Part shown: in pieces, positions 1 to 11,142 of the stretch
Layout of the letters: each line of letters begins with the position of its first letter
How positions within the stretch are numbered: position 1 is the stretch's first letter
Source of the DNA: Octopus bimaculoides
Lineage: Eukaryota
DNA length: 64,000 bases
Direction: 5' to 3'
Assembly: GCF_001194135.2 (NCBI RefSeq)
Contig: NC_068982.1
Coordinates: 124,518,271-124,582,270, forward strand
Made by a program: the position numbers and the translations under genes
Notes under the pieces: generated by a model
What the model was told of the DNA's origin: nothing
The model's database searches: none
The model's input: only the letters and a program-made list of their open reading frames with translations

Positions 1-257
1 GATTACAATTCGCAATTCCAATTTTTAATCTAATACAAGATGGCCGTAGGTTTTGATGTTATATTTAAAAAAAAACCTTGTAGTAATTATAGATTACCTC
101 CCCACGTCCGTTTCCTCTTACCTCCTGATAACTTGGAATTGATTTCAGATTACAGCTTCGAAGCATTTACTCATTTACCGCATCGTGTATCTGCCTATAA
201 ATAGTTGTAGTGGTGATGTTGGTGTCGGTGGTGGTATTGGTGTTTGTGATGGTGGTC

Positions 258-305
<48 letters not shown>

Positions 306-364
306 AGAACAATAATAGCAACAACAGTAACGGTAGCAGCAGCATTAGATGTGCTATTAATATT

Positions 365-683
365 GGTTTTAAATTTTGGTTGGAGGCTACCAGTTTCGGG
401 GGAAGGGGTCAGTCGATTATGTTAACTCCAGCACTCAACTGGTACTTCATTTTATCGGCACTGAAAGGATTAAAGGCAAAGTCAACCTTGATGGAATTTG
501 AACTTAGAACGTGAAGACAGAATTTGAACTTGGAACGTGAAGACAGAATTTGAACTTGGAACGTGAAGACAGAATTTGAACTTAAAACGTGAAGACACAA
601 TTTGAACTTGGAACTTGAAGACGGACGAAATGCCGCTAAGCATTTTGCCTGGCCTGCTAACGATTCTGCCAGTTAGTCGCCTT
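365..683 (-). mobile_element. SINE family A (tRNA head plus Meta-like central domain) with B-box amplification
   Basis: Reverse complement of the family A consensus GGCGGCGAGCTGGCAGAATCGTTAGC...GAGTTCAAATTCCGCCGAGGTCGACTTTGCCTTTCATCCTTTCGGGGTCGATAAA, seen many times in this window. Confidence 0.8.
494..623 (-). repeat. 26-bp tandem repeat x5
   Basis: Units of GAATTTGAACTTGGAACGTGAAGACA start at 494, 520, 546, 572 and 598. Confidence 0.95.
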
Positions 684-717
684 ATAAGAAGTGGTATTAA
701 TATTGCTATTAGTAAAT

Positions 718-905
718 AAGGCGGCGAGCTGGCAGAATCGTTAGCACGACGGGTGAAGTGTTTAGCGGCATTTCGTCCGAGATCGACTTTGCGTTTCATC
801 CTTTCGGGGTCGATAAAATAAGTACCAGTTGAGCACCGAGGTTGATGTAATCAACCTACCCCCACCCCTGAAATTGCTGCTCTTGTGGCAAAATTTGAAA
901 CCAAT
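718..905 (+). mobile_element. SINE family A
   Basis: Head AAGGCGGCGAGCTGGCAGAATCG and central domain CTTTCATCCTTTCGGGGTCGATAAAATAAGTACCAG; the B-box segment is deleted. Confidence 0.85.
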
Positions 906-952
906 ATTAACCGTTTAGTATTCAGATTACTCTGTCAAATGTATTGTTTGTT

Positions 953-1520
953 TATTACCTCCGCCTTAGCGAAGGTGGAGGTATTGTTTTCAGTCGTGTT
1001 TGTTTGTTTGTTTGTTTGTCCGTGGACAAGATATCTCAAGAACCGCTGGGTGGATTCGGATGAAACTTTCAAGAATGTTTGACCTCGTGACTGGCACGAA
1101 CTGATTAGATTTTGGGATCGATCCGGTATCGGACAAGGATTCTGGATTATTTTTCCGTTTTTTNNNNNNNNNNNNNNNNNNNNNNNNNNNNNNNNNNNNN
1201 NNNNNNNNNNNNNNNNNNNNNNNNNNNNNNNNNNNNNNNNNNNNNNNNNNNNNNNNNNNNNNNNNNNNNNNNNNNNNNNNNNNNNNNNNNNNNNNNNNNN
1301 NNNNNNNNNNNNNNNNNNNNNNNNNNNNNNNNNNNNNNNNNNNNNNNNNNNNNNNNNNNNNNNNNNNNNNNNNNNNNNNNNNNNNNNNNNNNNNNNNNNN
1401 NNNNNNNNNNNNNNNNNNNNNNNNNNNNNNNNNNNNNNNNNNNNNNNNNNNNNNNNNNNNNNNNNNNNNNNNNNNNNNNNAATATTTTGGCCGGATATGG
1501 CCTTTTTGAATACTAACATT
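953..1520 (+). mobile_element. Helentron/HINE-like non-autonomous element (gap-interrupted)
   Basis: Terminal hairpin TACCTCCGCC/GGTGGAGGTA (956-983), then (GTTT)n and CAAGATATCTC...GATGAAACTTTC...ATTAGATTTTGG motifs recalled from HINE/DINE-like elements. The 3' boundary is uncertain. Confidence 0.55.
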
Positions 1521-1528
1521 AAAGCATT

Positions 1529-1913
1529 GAGCTGGCAGATTCATTAGTACTCCGGGCAAAATGCTTAGCGGCATTTCGTCTGTCTTTCGATCCCGAAAGG
1601 ACGAAAAGCAAAAGTCAACTCGGCGGAATTTAAACTCAGAGCAAAAAGCCAGAAGAAATACCACTAAGCATTTTGTCCGGCGTGCAATTGATTCTGTCAG
1701 CTTGCTGCCTTAATAATAGTAATAATGGTTTTAAATTTTTTGGTACAGGGCCAGCAGATTTTGATGGGAGTGGGGAAGTCGATAACACTGACCCCGAAAA
1801 GATGAAAGGCAAAGTCCATCTCGGTGGGATTTGAACTCAAAACGCAATGACAGATGAAATGCTGCTTAACATTTTGCTCCTGTGTGCTTACGACTCTGCA
1901 AGCTCGCCGCCTT
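1529..1913. mobile_element. SINE family A cluster (+ head 1529-1590; - copies 1593-1711 and 1727-1913)
   Basis: Family A head and B-box motifs occur on both strands. Confidence 0.75.
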
Positions 1914-1924
1914 GATGCAGTATC

Positions 1925-2420
1925 AGGCAGTGGCTCTCATGGCTTCTCATCTTAACTGATTGAAAGTGTTATCATGTACATGTTTTGTTTTGGTATAAAA
2001 GATAGGGTACAGTAAGTATTCTGCTCAATACTATTGATTTGCTTGCTGCTTGCTTTACTTTAATCAGTTGAGCATGTCCCTTAGTGACTGACGATATGTG
2101 CATCTCTGACCACGAGCAGGAGTAGTGGGAGTTCATCAAAACCATGTTTTGAGAGGAATTCCTAGAGGTTTGAATAACTAACTCTTGGAAACATAAGTGT
2201 TTCGTTCATTATCCTTAAACAACCATTATCCAAGGATCTTTTGAGCTGAATGGGCCACTCAACATGAAGAAAATTCTAACTAGGCATCCAGTTAGGAGGT
2301 CATGCGCTGTTTATCTTGAAATAAGGTCGCAATGTAGGCACAAATGGTTGTGATGCATGTGCCTGGTGTACACTTATCAGACGGGTAGTCACGATGGGTA
2401 TATTGGGCTTCGTACTCTAG
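1925..2420 (-). repeat. Interspersed repeat family D (also + strand 54453-54720)
   Basis: 2080-2380 is a diverged reverse complement of 54453-54720. Confidence 0.7.
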
Positions 2421-2589
2421 TGTCACTTTGATGACGGGTGCTTCTCTCTCACTCAATAATAATAATAATAATAATGGACTCTCCCGTCGAAGATGATGTA
2501 TGAGCATTCAGCTTTTGCCAAACGACCTACACAAATGATTTGTTTATAATGATCAAGTGTGTGTGTTATACATTAGCTCACTCCCTCCA

Positions 2590-2770
2590 TCAAATCGATG
2601 TTACCTGGACAGGTACACGGTGTATCATATGGCAGGTGTCGAAATGATCGCAGGGCAACGTGAGATGAAGTGTTTTACTGAAGAACATAACACACCACCT
2701 GGTCTAGGAATTGAAACTACGATCTCGCGATCATGAATGCAACACCCTAACTACTAGGTCATGCGTCCTT
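2590..2770 (-). mobile_element. Diverged CORE-like SINE (similar copies at - 29590-29750 and + 62715-62870)
   Basis: GCAACGTGAGATGAAGTGTTTTACTGAAGAACA...GGAATTGAAAC, the reverse complement of CORE-like and B-box segments. Confidence 0.6.
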
Positions 2771-2807
2771 AATAATGAAGATGATAATAATAATAATGAT
2801 AATGGTA

Positions 2808-2840
<33 letters not shown>

Positions 2841-3199
2841 AATTCAACGTACCAACTATAGCCTGGCAAGATTTGAATTCTTCGGTGGTGTCAGTTCTTA
2901 TGGTAAAAATGCATTAAATGTATCATTCGGTGTTATCTTGTGATCTAGTGTTTGCTACAATTTTTATGAGCAATAAATATACTGCGACATAGACTAGCAA
3001 ATAAAGCATACCATATCATCGTCGTAGTTTCTGTCGCTGTTTCTGTAGCAAAGGTATTTAACTCTTAGCTACCAGTCCGTTGAATAGAAGAAGTTATTCA
3101 AAGAATAGATTAAAATGAACAACATTTATAAGAATGGAAAAAGATCTTCACCTTAAAAGACATAACACTGCACCTAAAATTGAGGCAAATCAAATGCTG

Positions 3200-3606
3200 T
3201 ATTACGCCGCTTGTCCTCTACGTGGGTAGAAATTTGGACAATGTACAGAGTAATGGAAAAGTAGAGAAATGTTTTTGAGATGTGGATTTTTTACAGATTT
3301 GGCAGAATAAGCTGGAAAGTCACGGTAACAAACTCTGCAGTTGTAGAAAAGCTCAAAATTCAAAGACTCAAAGTCTTTGGATTTTGAGCATGCAATGCAC
3401 CACTAATCCAAAACTGTTCTGTCAAGAAGTATTGAGGTGAAGAGAGCAAGAAGCTGTTGAAGACGTTTGTGAAATGACGACATCAACGAACGGATTGGGA
3501 ACAAGAGCCTGGCTGATTCTATGCATACAGGATAATACAGAAGGAACCGGAGACTCATGGCAAACCGAGCTCTGTATACAAAGAGAGCACCAGGCTGCTG
3601 GTTGAT
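3200..3606 (+). mobile_element. RTE-clade LINE 3' fragment, heavily decayed
   Basis: EIWT...VFEMWI...RISWKVTVTNSAVV...IEVKRAR...DDINERIG, recognisable across frameshifts. Confidence 0.65.
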
Positions 3607-4843
3607 GCCAGTCTGTTAAGCTGTAAATAGGAACCACTAAAAGAAGCGGTACATTGAATCAGAAGCGTGCTTTTTTCATTGAATCATTTTTTCATTGAAT
3701 CAGAAGCATGTTTTGCAGTATTGCATTTGAACACAGCATCCCAACTTTTCCAAAAGCTACGATTGACAGCTGTTCATATCCGGTGGTGATATCAGCATGA
3801 AATTGTGGTGAAAGACGTTGATTAGTTTAAAAGTTCAATCAACAACATGCTATTCACCCAACTAAAATTCACACATGCTTTCGCAGACACATCCACCGAA
3901 GCTCTTCGTCGAGAATGAAACAAAAAACAAAAACAAAAAACAAATGTTGTTGTTGTTATTGATGACGATGATTATGATGTTGATGATGACGACGACGATG
4001 ATTACGATGATGCTAGGGATGTCGATGACGATGATAATAATGGCGATGATGATGCAGAAGAGGAGGAGAAGGAAGAGGGAGATGTTAAGATGAATGATTA
4101 TAGTAAACAGGCCTTGAGAAAGGAGTGGAGACGGTATATTATTTTATTTATTTATTTTGCTCCGAAATTTATGAAGTATGATGGTGTATGGAAGAAAAAT
4201 TACATGAACAGATTGAAAGAATTTATGCCTGGAATTACATACAAGTCAAGCCAGATTTTTCATCATATTTCATCTGTTATGATGAAAGTAAAAGCAAATA
4301 GAATTATCAGACAGATTGGAAGGAATCCAGCTGAGTCATAACTGATGTTTTTAGATGTTGATCGCATGCCGTTTTGCAACTCGATTGAAGATAAACTCTT
4401 TGGTTCTCCTCTTTTGGGATGGGCTCCTTTTTTTCCCCGTCTAGAATTATCCAATATGAAGTGACAAAAATGGTAAAACTATTAGCAGAACAAATGGAAT
4501 TTTCAAAGGGCTTATTTTTATTTTCTTTTTGGCGACCTTTCTCATGGATCTTTTATGATGCCTTTCAATGGGAACGAAGTTGCATAAGGTAATTTTCATG
4601 CTTATAAAATCCTTCTGTTATTTTAAAAAACATTTTTATTGATAACATATAAGAGGGATTCTAGTGTAGCTTATTATTATTGCATCAGGTATAAATACTT
4701 CACTGATTTACATGCGAAAAAAAGAACATAAGTCACATGAATCCGATTAACAGGGTCCAGTTCCCATAATTCCTCATCACACCGCCATTATATCCTTCGC
4801 TCACCCCACTCTCCACCCGTTTCTTAATTCTCGAAGCATATGC

Positions 4844-4873
<30 letters not shown>

Positions 4874-4876
<3 letters not shown>

Positions 4877-5204
4877 GCTGGACTTATGAGTCATCTTCGT
4901 AGTCAAAGCAAGACCGATGATTGACTACCAGGCCGCTGGTGATGGTGCTACACACCATACTAATCATGTCTGTCGAGCATGTGGAAGGGAGTGTGATTCA
5001 GCAGGAGGACTTAAACGGCACGCAAAGGTACATGGAGCCCAATTACAACAACAGCCAGCTATTGCCAGTAAAGGTTTTGGATGCCAACTCTGTGCAACAC
5101 ATTGTAGATCTTTGGCTGGGCTAAAAAGTCACATGCGATCACAGCACCGTTAAGTTAAGCTTCGTGCAATGGCCATACTCGATAACGAGGGGGCAGCCAT
5201 TATC
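4874..5204 (+). mobile_element. RTE (BovB-like) LINE 3' end with C2H2-like zinc fingers
   Basis: KAGLMSHLRS / HVCRACGRECDSAGGLKRHAKVH / FGCQLCATHCRSLAGLKSHMRSQH*, then an RTE-like 3' UTR (ATGGCCATACTCGATAACGAGGGG). Embedded in (TATG)n. Confidence 0.7.
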
Positions 5205-5792
5205 ATGTATGTATGTATGTATGTATGTATGTATGTATGTATGTATGTATGTATGTATGTATGTGTGTATGTGTGTATTTTTGTGCTTTTCTCTCCTCCC
5301 CACAACAGCTTGACAACCAGTGTTGGTTTGTTTATATCTCTATAACTTAGCAGTTCAGCAAAAGAGACGATAGAATAAGTACCAAACTTTAGGAAATAAG
5401 TACTTGGGTCGATTCTTTCTGCTGAAACCTTTCAAGGTGGTGTCCGAGCATGGTCGCAGTCCAGTCACTGAAACAAGAAAAAAAAAAAAAAGAAAACACC
5501 GATACACGTACGCACATGTGCCACCTCTCCCTACCGGTCACAGGTATTGCAAAGATAGGCATTTCTTTATAATATTCGGTGGGATAAGAAATCTGAATTT
5601 GAAACTAATGATTTAAAAAGATAAATATGTAACGAAATTTTTTTTTACTTATTACGAAGATCTTAAATTTCTTGTCGCTGGTGTGTTTGTGTGTGTATGT
5701 GTGTGTGTGTGTGTGAAGTCAAACGAAATAATGGTATTTTGAAAGCATTTGATACGTACGTTTCAGATCATTGCGTAATATCTAATAAAAAA

Positions 5793-6410
5793 AAGGCGGC
5801 GAGCTGGCAGAATCGTTAGCACGCCGGGCGAAATGCTTAGCGGTATTTTGTCTGCCGTTACGTTCTGAATTCAAATTCCGCCGAGGTCGACTTTGCCTTT
5901 CATCCTTTCGGGGTCGATAAATTAAGTACCAATTACGCACTGGGGTCTATGTAATCGACTTAATCCGTTCGTCTGTTCTTGTTTGTTCCCTCTATGTTTA
6001 GCCCCTTGTGGGCAATAACGAAATAGGTATTTCGTCTGTCTTTATGTTCTGAGTTCAAATTACACCGAGGTAGACTTTGCCTTTCATCCTTTCGAGGTCG
6101 ATTAAATAAGTACCAGTTACTCACTGGGGTCGATATAATCGACTTAATCCGTTTGTCTGTCCTTGTTTGTCCCCTCTGTGTGTAGCCCCTTGTGGGCAAC
6201 AAAGAAATAAGAAACGTTAGCACGCCGGTCGAAATGCTTAGCGGTATTTCGTCTGCCGTTACGTTCTGAGTTCAAATTCTACCGAGGTTGACTTTGCCTT
6301 TCATCCTTTCGGGGTCGATAAATTAAGTACCAGTTGCGTACTGGGGTCGATCTAATCGACTGGGCCCCTCCCCTTAAATTTCGGGCCTTGTGCCTAGAGT
6401 AGAAAAGAAT
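5793..6410 (+). mobile_element. SINE family A head-to-tail trimer
   Basis: Units at about 5793-6025, 6026-6210 and 6211-6410, each with a B box, central domain and GTCGAT-N3-ATCGAC hairpin. Confidence 0.88.
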
Positions 6411-6632
6411 TTGTAACAGGAAATGCATCACTTACACAAGACAATCTTCAGTTAATACATCTCAAAATACATGAATGTGCTAGTTTGCTTACGGTAATCT
6501 ATATGGCAAGGATAGCATAAACTCACTTTTTAAGCCGTTCACTCCTGATCAGCTTTTTTGCCTGAAATATATAACGGCTGTTTAACTTCTTTTCGCATTA
6601 TAAGATGTTACCCGTCTTCGTGTCTGCATGTA

Positions 6633-7867
6633 CACAGACATGACATCAGTAAATAAACACCTCATAAAACATTGTTTTATGTTTATTCTAACTTGAAAAG
6701 GTTTATATCTTTTATTAATGGACATTTTTATGTTTCAGGTTCTATATGTGACTGTTTAATCATGTACATATGAAGCCTTGGAACTCCCAAATTTCAAAGA
6801 AACCGTACTGTAGGTCAATCTGAAGGTGGACTTAGCGTAAAATTGCAGAAAACCTTGGGATCCCGCTTTCTGTAGTTAATAGGGTGATTGTGCAATTCTC
6901 CAGAAAGGGGAAGGAGTCCACCTCACCGTGACCAGGTCGACCAGGGCCCTCTGACAGAACCCTTTGCTTTGTTAAATGAAATGTGGAGGATAATCCTCAT
7001 TGCAAGGCCTCTGATATAGCAGAAGTTGATGTCAGTCCCAGAACAGCTGCAAAGTATCTCTACAAACTTGGCTACTGTGGTAGAGCAGCAAGAAGGAAGA
7101 CACTTCTTCAACCAGCCAATATCAAGTGGAGAAAAGATAGGGCCTGTGAGATGATGGAGTGGTCGCTAGCATTTTGGGACACTATCATATTCTCTGATGA
7201 GTTCAGATTTGCTGTATTTTCTCACTGTGGTCGAGTGTGAGTCTGGAGACTCTGTGATCAAGAATTTGACATGAAAAGATTGCTGCCAACAATGAAACAA
7301 CGCAGTTATTCTGAGATGGTCTGGAGAGCTATTTGGAGCAATGGTCAATCAGAACTGGTGGAGTGTGAAGGAAACATAAACTCAGATAAATATGTGTCTT
7401 TATTGCAGAAAGGACTCTTTCCAATCTTCTCCAATAGTAAAATGATTAAAGAAAACTATTTATGGAAGCTGAGGCTTCTTGTCACGCGGCTAAAAGGACC
7501 CAAGATTGGTTGGAAAAGAATGACATTAAAAACTTCCATGGCCAAGCCAGTCACCAGATATGAACCTTATTGAATACCTCTGGGGCATACTGACAAGACA
7601 CTTCGTAAAAAGAACAAGAAAGCATCGTTAAACCCAGCTCTTTTGAGATTACTGCATGAAACTTGGAAAGAAATTCCTAAAGAGAATATTCATCATTTGA
7701 TCAGTAGCATGCCTTATAGGATCGTTACATTGAAAAATGCAAAGGACATGTCTACTAAATATTAGATATTCACATTATAATAATTAATAAATAATCTGAA
7801 CGTATAATTTCAGATTAAAATTTTTTTTTATGATTATAAGGGCGAATTTACTTTTGTCATGCCTGTG
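6633..7867 (+). mobile_element. Tc1-family DNA transposon, full-length, decayed (DD34E)
   Basis: Imperfect 22-bp TIRs CACAGACATGACATCAGTAAAT (6633-6654) and the reverse complement of 7846-7867 (19/22 match). TA dinucleotides flank both ends (6631-6632, 7868-7869). Confidence 0.9.
6780..7765 (+). pseudogene. Tc1 transposase pseudogene
   Basis: Manual translation gives [18 protein letters not shown] (HTH), PGRP, IIFSDE, FMEAEASCH (second catalytic D mutated to A), WPSQSPDMNLIE, ending STKY*. There are several stops and frameshifts, and 34 codons lie between the second D position and E. Confidence 0.9.
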
Positions 7868-8253
7868 TAGTTTATTTAAACAGGTTCAGTAAGTTCTCAG
7901 AACAAGTTTGACGGGGCCCAGTCTGTCATGTCTAAAGGAGTGGAGACATGTTGTGGATACTCCAGAGTAACTGGTCATTGAAACAGCTTAAAACTACTGC
8001 ATAACATATATTATGCAACAAATATCGATATAGCATTTTAAACGTACGCACACACATGCCTACACTTATTAATTACAGCAAAGTATCTTGTTTGAACAAG
8101 TCCTCTAAACTCGTGTTCGGCTTTGTAAATTAACGAAGCACTCGGCAGTTATAAACTACTCATGCCATTGCATTTTGCTACGTACTTGGAATGGTTCATT
8201 GGAGCGTAATGCCTGTGCCAGCTAAAAGTGATACTTTGGTATCTACAGGTATA

Positions 8254-8690
8254 TAAGGCAGTAGGACGCCGGACAAAATGCTTAGTGGTACTTCGTCTGT
8301 CTTTACGTTCTGAGTTCAAATTCCACCGAGGTCGACTTTGCATTTCATCTCTTCGGGGTCGATAAATTAAGTACCAGTTGCGTACTGGGGTCGATCTAAT
8401 CGACTGGCCCCGTTCCCCAAAATTTCAGGTCTTGTGCCTAGAATACAAAAAAGGTATATAAGGCAGTAAAGTTGATAGAATCGTTATCGTCCCTCCCACC
8501 ACCAAAAAGAAAAAGGTTGTGACATTCCTTCCGACCTTACGTTTTGAGTTCAAATACCGCCAGGCTGGCTTAGCCTATCGTCCTCTCATGATCGATAAAA
8601 TAAGTACCAGTTGAACACGGGGGTCGATATAATCGAGTTATATTCTCTCCTGAGATTGCTGGCTTTGTGTCAAAATTTGAAACCGATATC
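8254..8690 (+). mobile_element. Two tandem SINE family A copies
   Basis: Repeated GAGTTCAAAT...GATAAA(T/A)TAAGTACCAGTTG...GGGGTCGAT modules. Confidence 0.8.
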
Positions 8691-9049
8691 TCCATCAGTG
8701 TGGTTGTCCACGTTTTCAAAGATAACATTTTAAGGAGACGGGCTTTACTATATCTCTATAGTTCTGCTTAAGTTATTAAGTAAAATTTATATAACAGATA
8801 TGGCGTATTTTAATCGAGTACAATGCGATCTCAAATATGATGGGATTTCCACATTTTGTACCCAAGTATCAGTTGTATACTCTAGCCTTGTGTTTTGCAC
8901 TCAAGTATAATGCTCCACTCTAATTTTGGCGCTGTTGCTTTGTATTAAATTTCTCGTATTATACGATAAGTGAGTAATTCGAGTAAGAAGGTTTGGTAGG
9001 CGGTCTATAGGTTGTGTGGCTTATAATGTCTTGTATTACTATATATCTC

Positions 9050-9260
<211 letters not shown>

Positions 9261-9736
9261 TCATATTCTATAATGCTCATATTATACAGGGTGGCCCAAA
9301 AGCAGGTTTACAGTTATCACGTAGGCACTTTAAATTTCTTTTAACACATTTTATTACATTTAAATTTCTATCTTACAATTAATTAAATTAGCATAGAATA
9401 ATGGTTTCATATTTTTTTTATAATTAAGATCTAAATTGTTAATATATGAATGCGAAAGAGATAGTTGAATAACTGTATATATATATATATATATATATAT
9501 AAAATCTATATATATGTATACACATACACTCGCACACACACAGAGAAAGAGATAGAAAGAGAGGGATAGAGAAAGATAAATACACACACACACACACACA
9601 TATATTTACATATATGCACATACACACGCATCGACATATATACGTATATAAATAGATTGCTATACATATATACATGCGAGCGCGCTAACACATATTCATG
9701 GGAATTCGGTAATTTTGGTAATATAATTGAAATTAG

Positions 9737-9955
9737 CAAGGCGGCGAGCTGGCAGAACCGGTAACACGCCAGGCATTAACGCCTAGCGGCCTTTTGTCCG
9801 ACTTTGCGTTCTAAGTTCAAATTCCGCCGAGGTCGACTTTGCCTTTCATCCTTTCGGAATCGTTAAAATAGATACCGGTTGAGTGCTGAGGTCGATGTAA
9901 TCGATTTAGCATCGTCCCGAAACTGCTGGCCTTGTGCCGAAATTTGAAACCAATA
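9737..9955 (+). mobile_element. SINE family A
   Basis: AAGGCGGCGAGCTGGCAGAA...AAGTTCAAATTCCGCCGAGGTCGACTTTGCCTTTCATCC. Confidence 0.88.
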
Positions 9956-11080
9956 CAAATGAAATTAACATATTTCTATCATGATCCGTTTCTTCTAGCT
10001 AACTCGAACTCAGTACCGAGAGCCTACGAAACACCAGTTAAAATCACCGTGTAACGGCTTTCCCCTACGTCGCTCCATTCTACCATGTGGCACATGCTAT
10101 ACACCAACGTGAGTTAGGCCTTTGAGTGTTAAGCGTCTTAGCCACGGACACAGGTGCAAGCGTCTATGTCAGGCTTCTTATCACAGAGTGTTTGCTTGTT
10201 CTGTCGACTGATATCGTTCTTATCGTTCTTGTAGTCATTATCATCGTCTTACTTATTCTCGCCGTCATCGTCATCACATTTACTTGTGTGGTCGCTGTCA
10301 GCGCCGTCATTGTTATTGCCGTCTTCGCTGTCATCACCACTACTGTTTGTCAGTCTGAGTCGTCGTCTTTATTGACGTCATAACAAGCAACAAGTGTAGT
10401 AGTAGTAGCAGCAGCAGCAGCAGCAACAGCAGCAATAATGAATGAATTAACAACACAACGTAAGAATGAAAAAAAAAAAAAAAAAGTAACAACAACATTG
10501 AATTTTAATGGATGAAGGTTAGAAAAACAATAAAATTAAAATAAATATAAATATAGATATCAATAGAAATCAAAAACAAAATTTTTATGAGGTAAATGAA
10601 GNNNNNNNNNNNNNNNNNNNNNNNNNNNNNNNNNNNNNNNNNNNNNNNNNNNNNNNNNNNNNNNNNNNNNNNNNNNNNNNNNNNNNNNNNNNNNNNNNNN
10701 NNNNNNNNNNNNNNNNNNNNNNNNNNNNNNNNNNNNNNNNNNNNNNNNNNNNNNNNNNNNNNNNNNNNNNNNNNNNNNNNNNNNNNNNNNNNNNNNNNNN
10801 NNNNNNNNNNNNNNNNNNNNNNNNNNNNNNNNNNNNNNNNNNNNNNNNNNNNNNNNNNNNNNNNNNNNNNNNNNNNNNNNNNNNNNNNNNNNNNNNNNNN
10901 NNNNNNNNNNNNNNNNNNNNNNNNNNNNNNNNNNNNNNNNNNNNNNNNNNNNNNNNNNNNNNNNNNNNNNNNNNNNNNNNNNNNNNNNNNNNNNNNNNNN
11001 NNNNNNNNNNNNNNNNNNNNNNNNNNNNNNNNNNNNNNNNNNNNNCCACATTGCTCTCTTACTTTCTATTTCTATCAGCA

Positions 11081-11142
11081 GGCCAATGATCCAAAACGAC
11101 TGGAAAAGATTCGCTGCCATGGTAACCAACCGAGCCAATCAG
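11081..11142 (+). promoter_or_regulatory. Candidate regulatory cluster: CCAAT box, RFX X-box-like, CCAAT box
   Basis: GGCCAAT (11081-11087), GCTGCCATGGTAAC (11113-11126) and AGCCAATCAG (11133-11142), in non-repetitive DNA. Confidence 0.35.

Noticed and set aside
494-623. CRISPR-like array
   Set aside because: The units are contiguous with no unique spacers and derive from a SINE, in a eukaryotic context.
4917-5153. Host C2H2 zinc-finger gene
   Set aside because: It is frameshifted relative to the upstream finger, lacks TGEKP-type linkers and is followed by an RTE-like 3' end; treated as a LINE tail.
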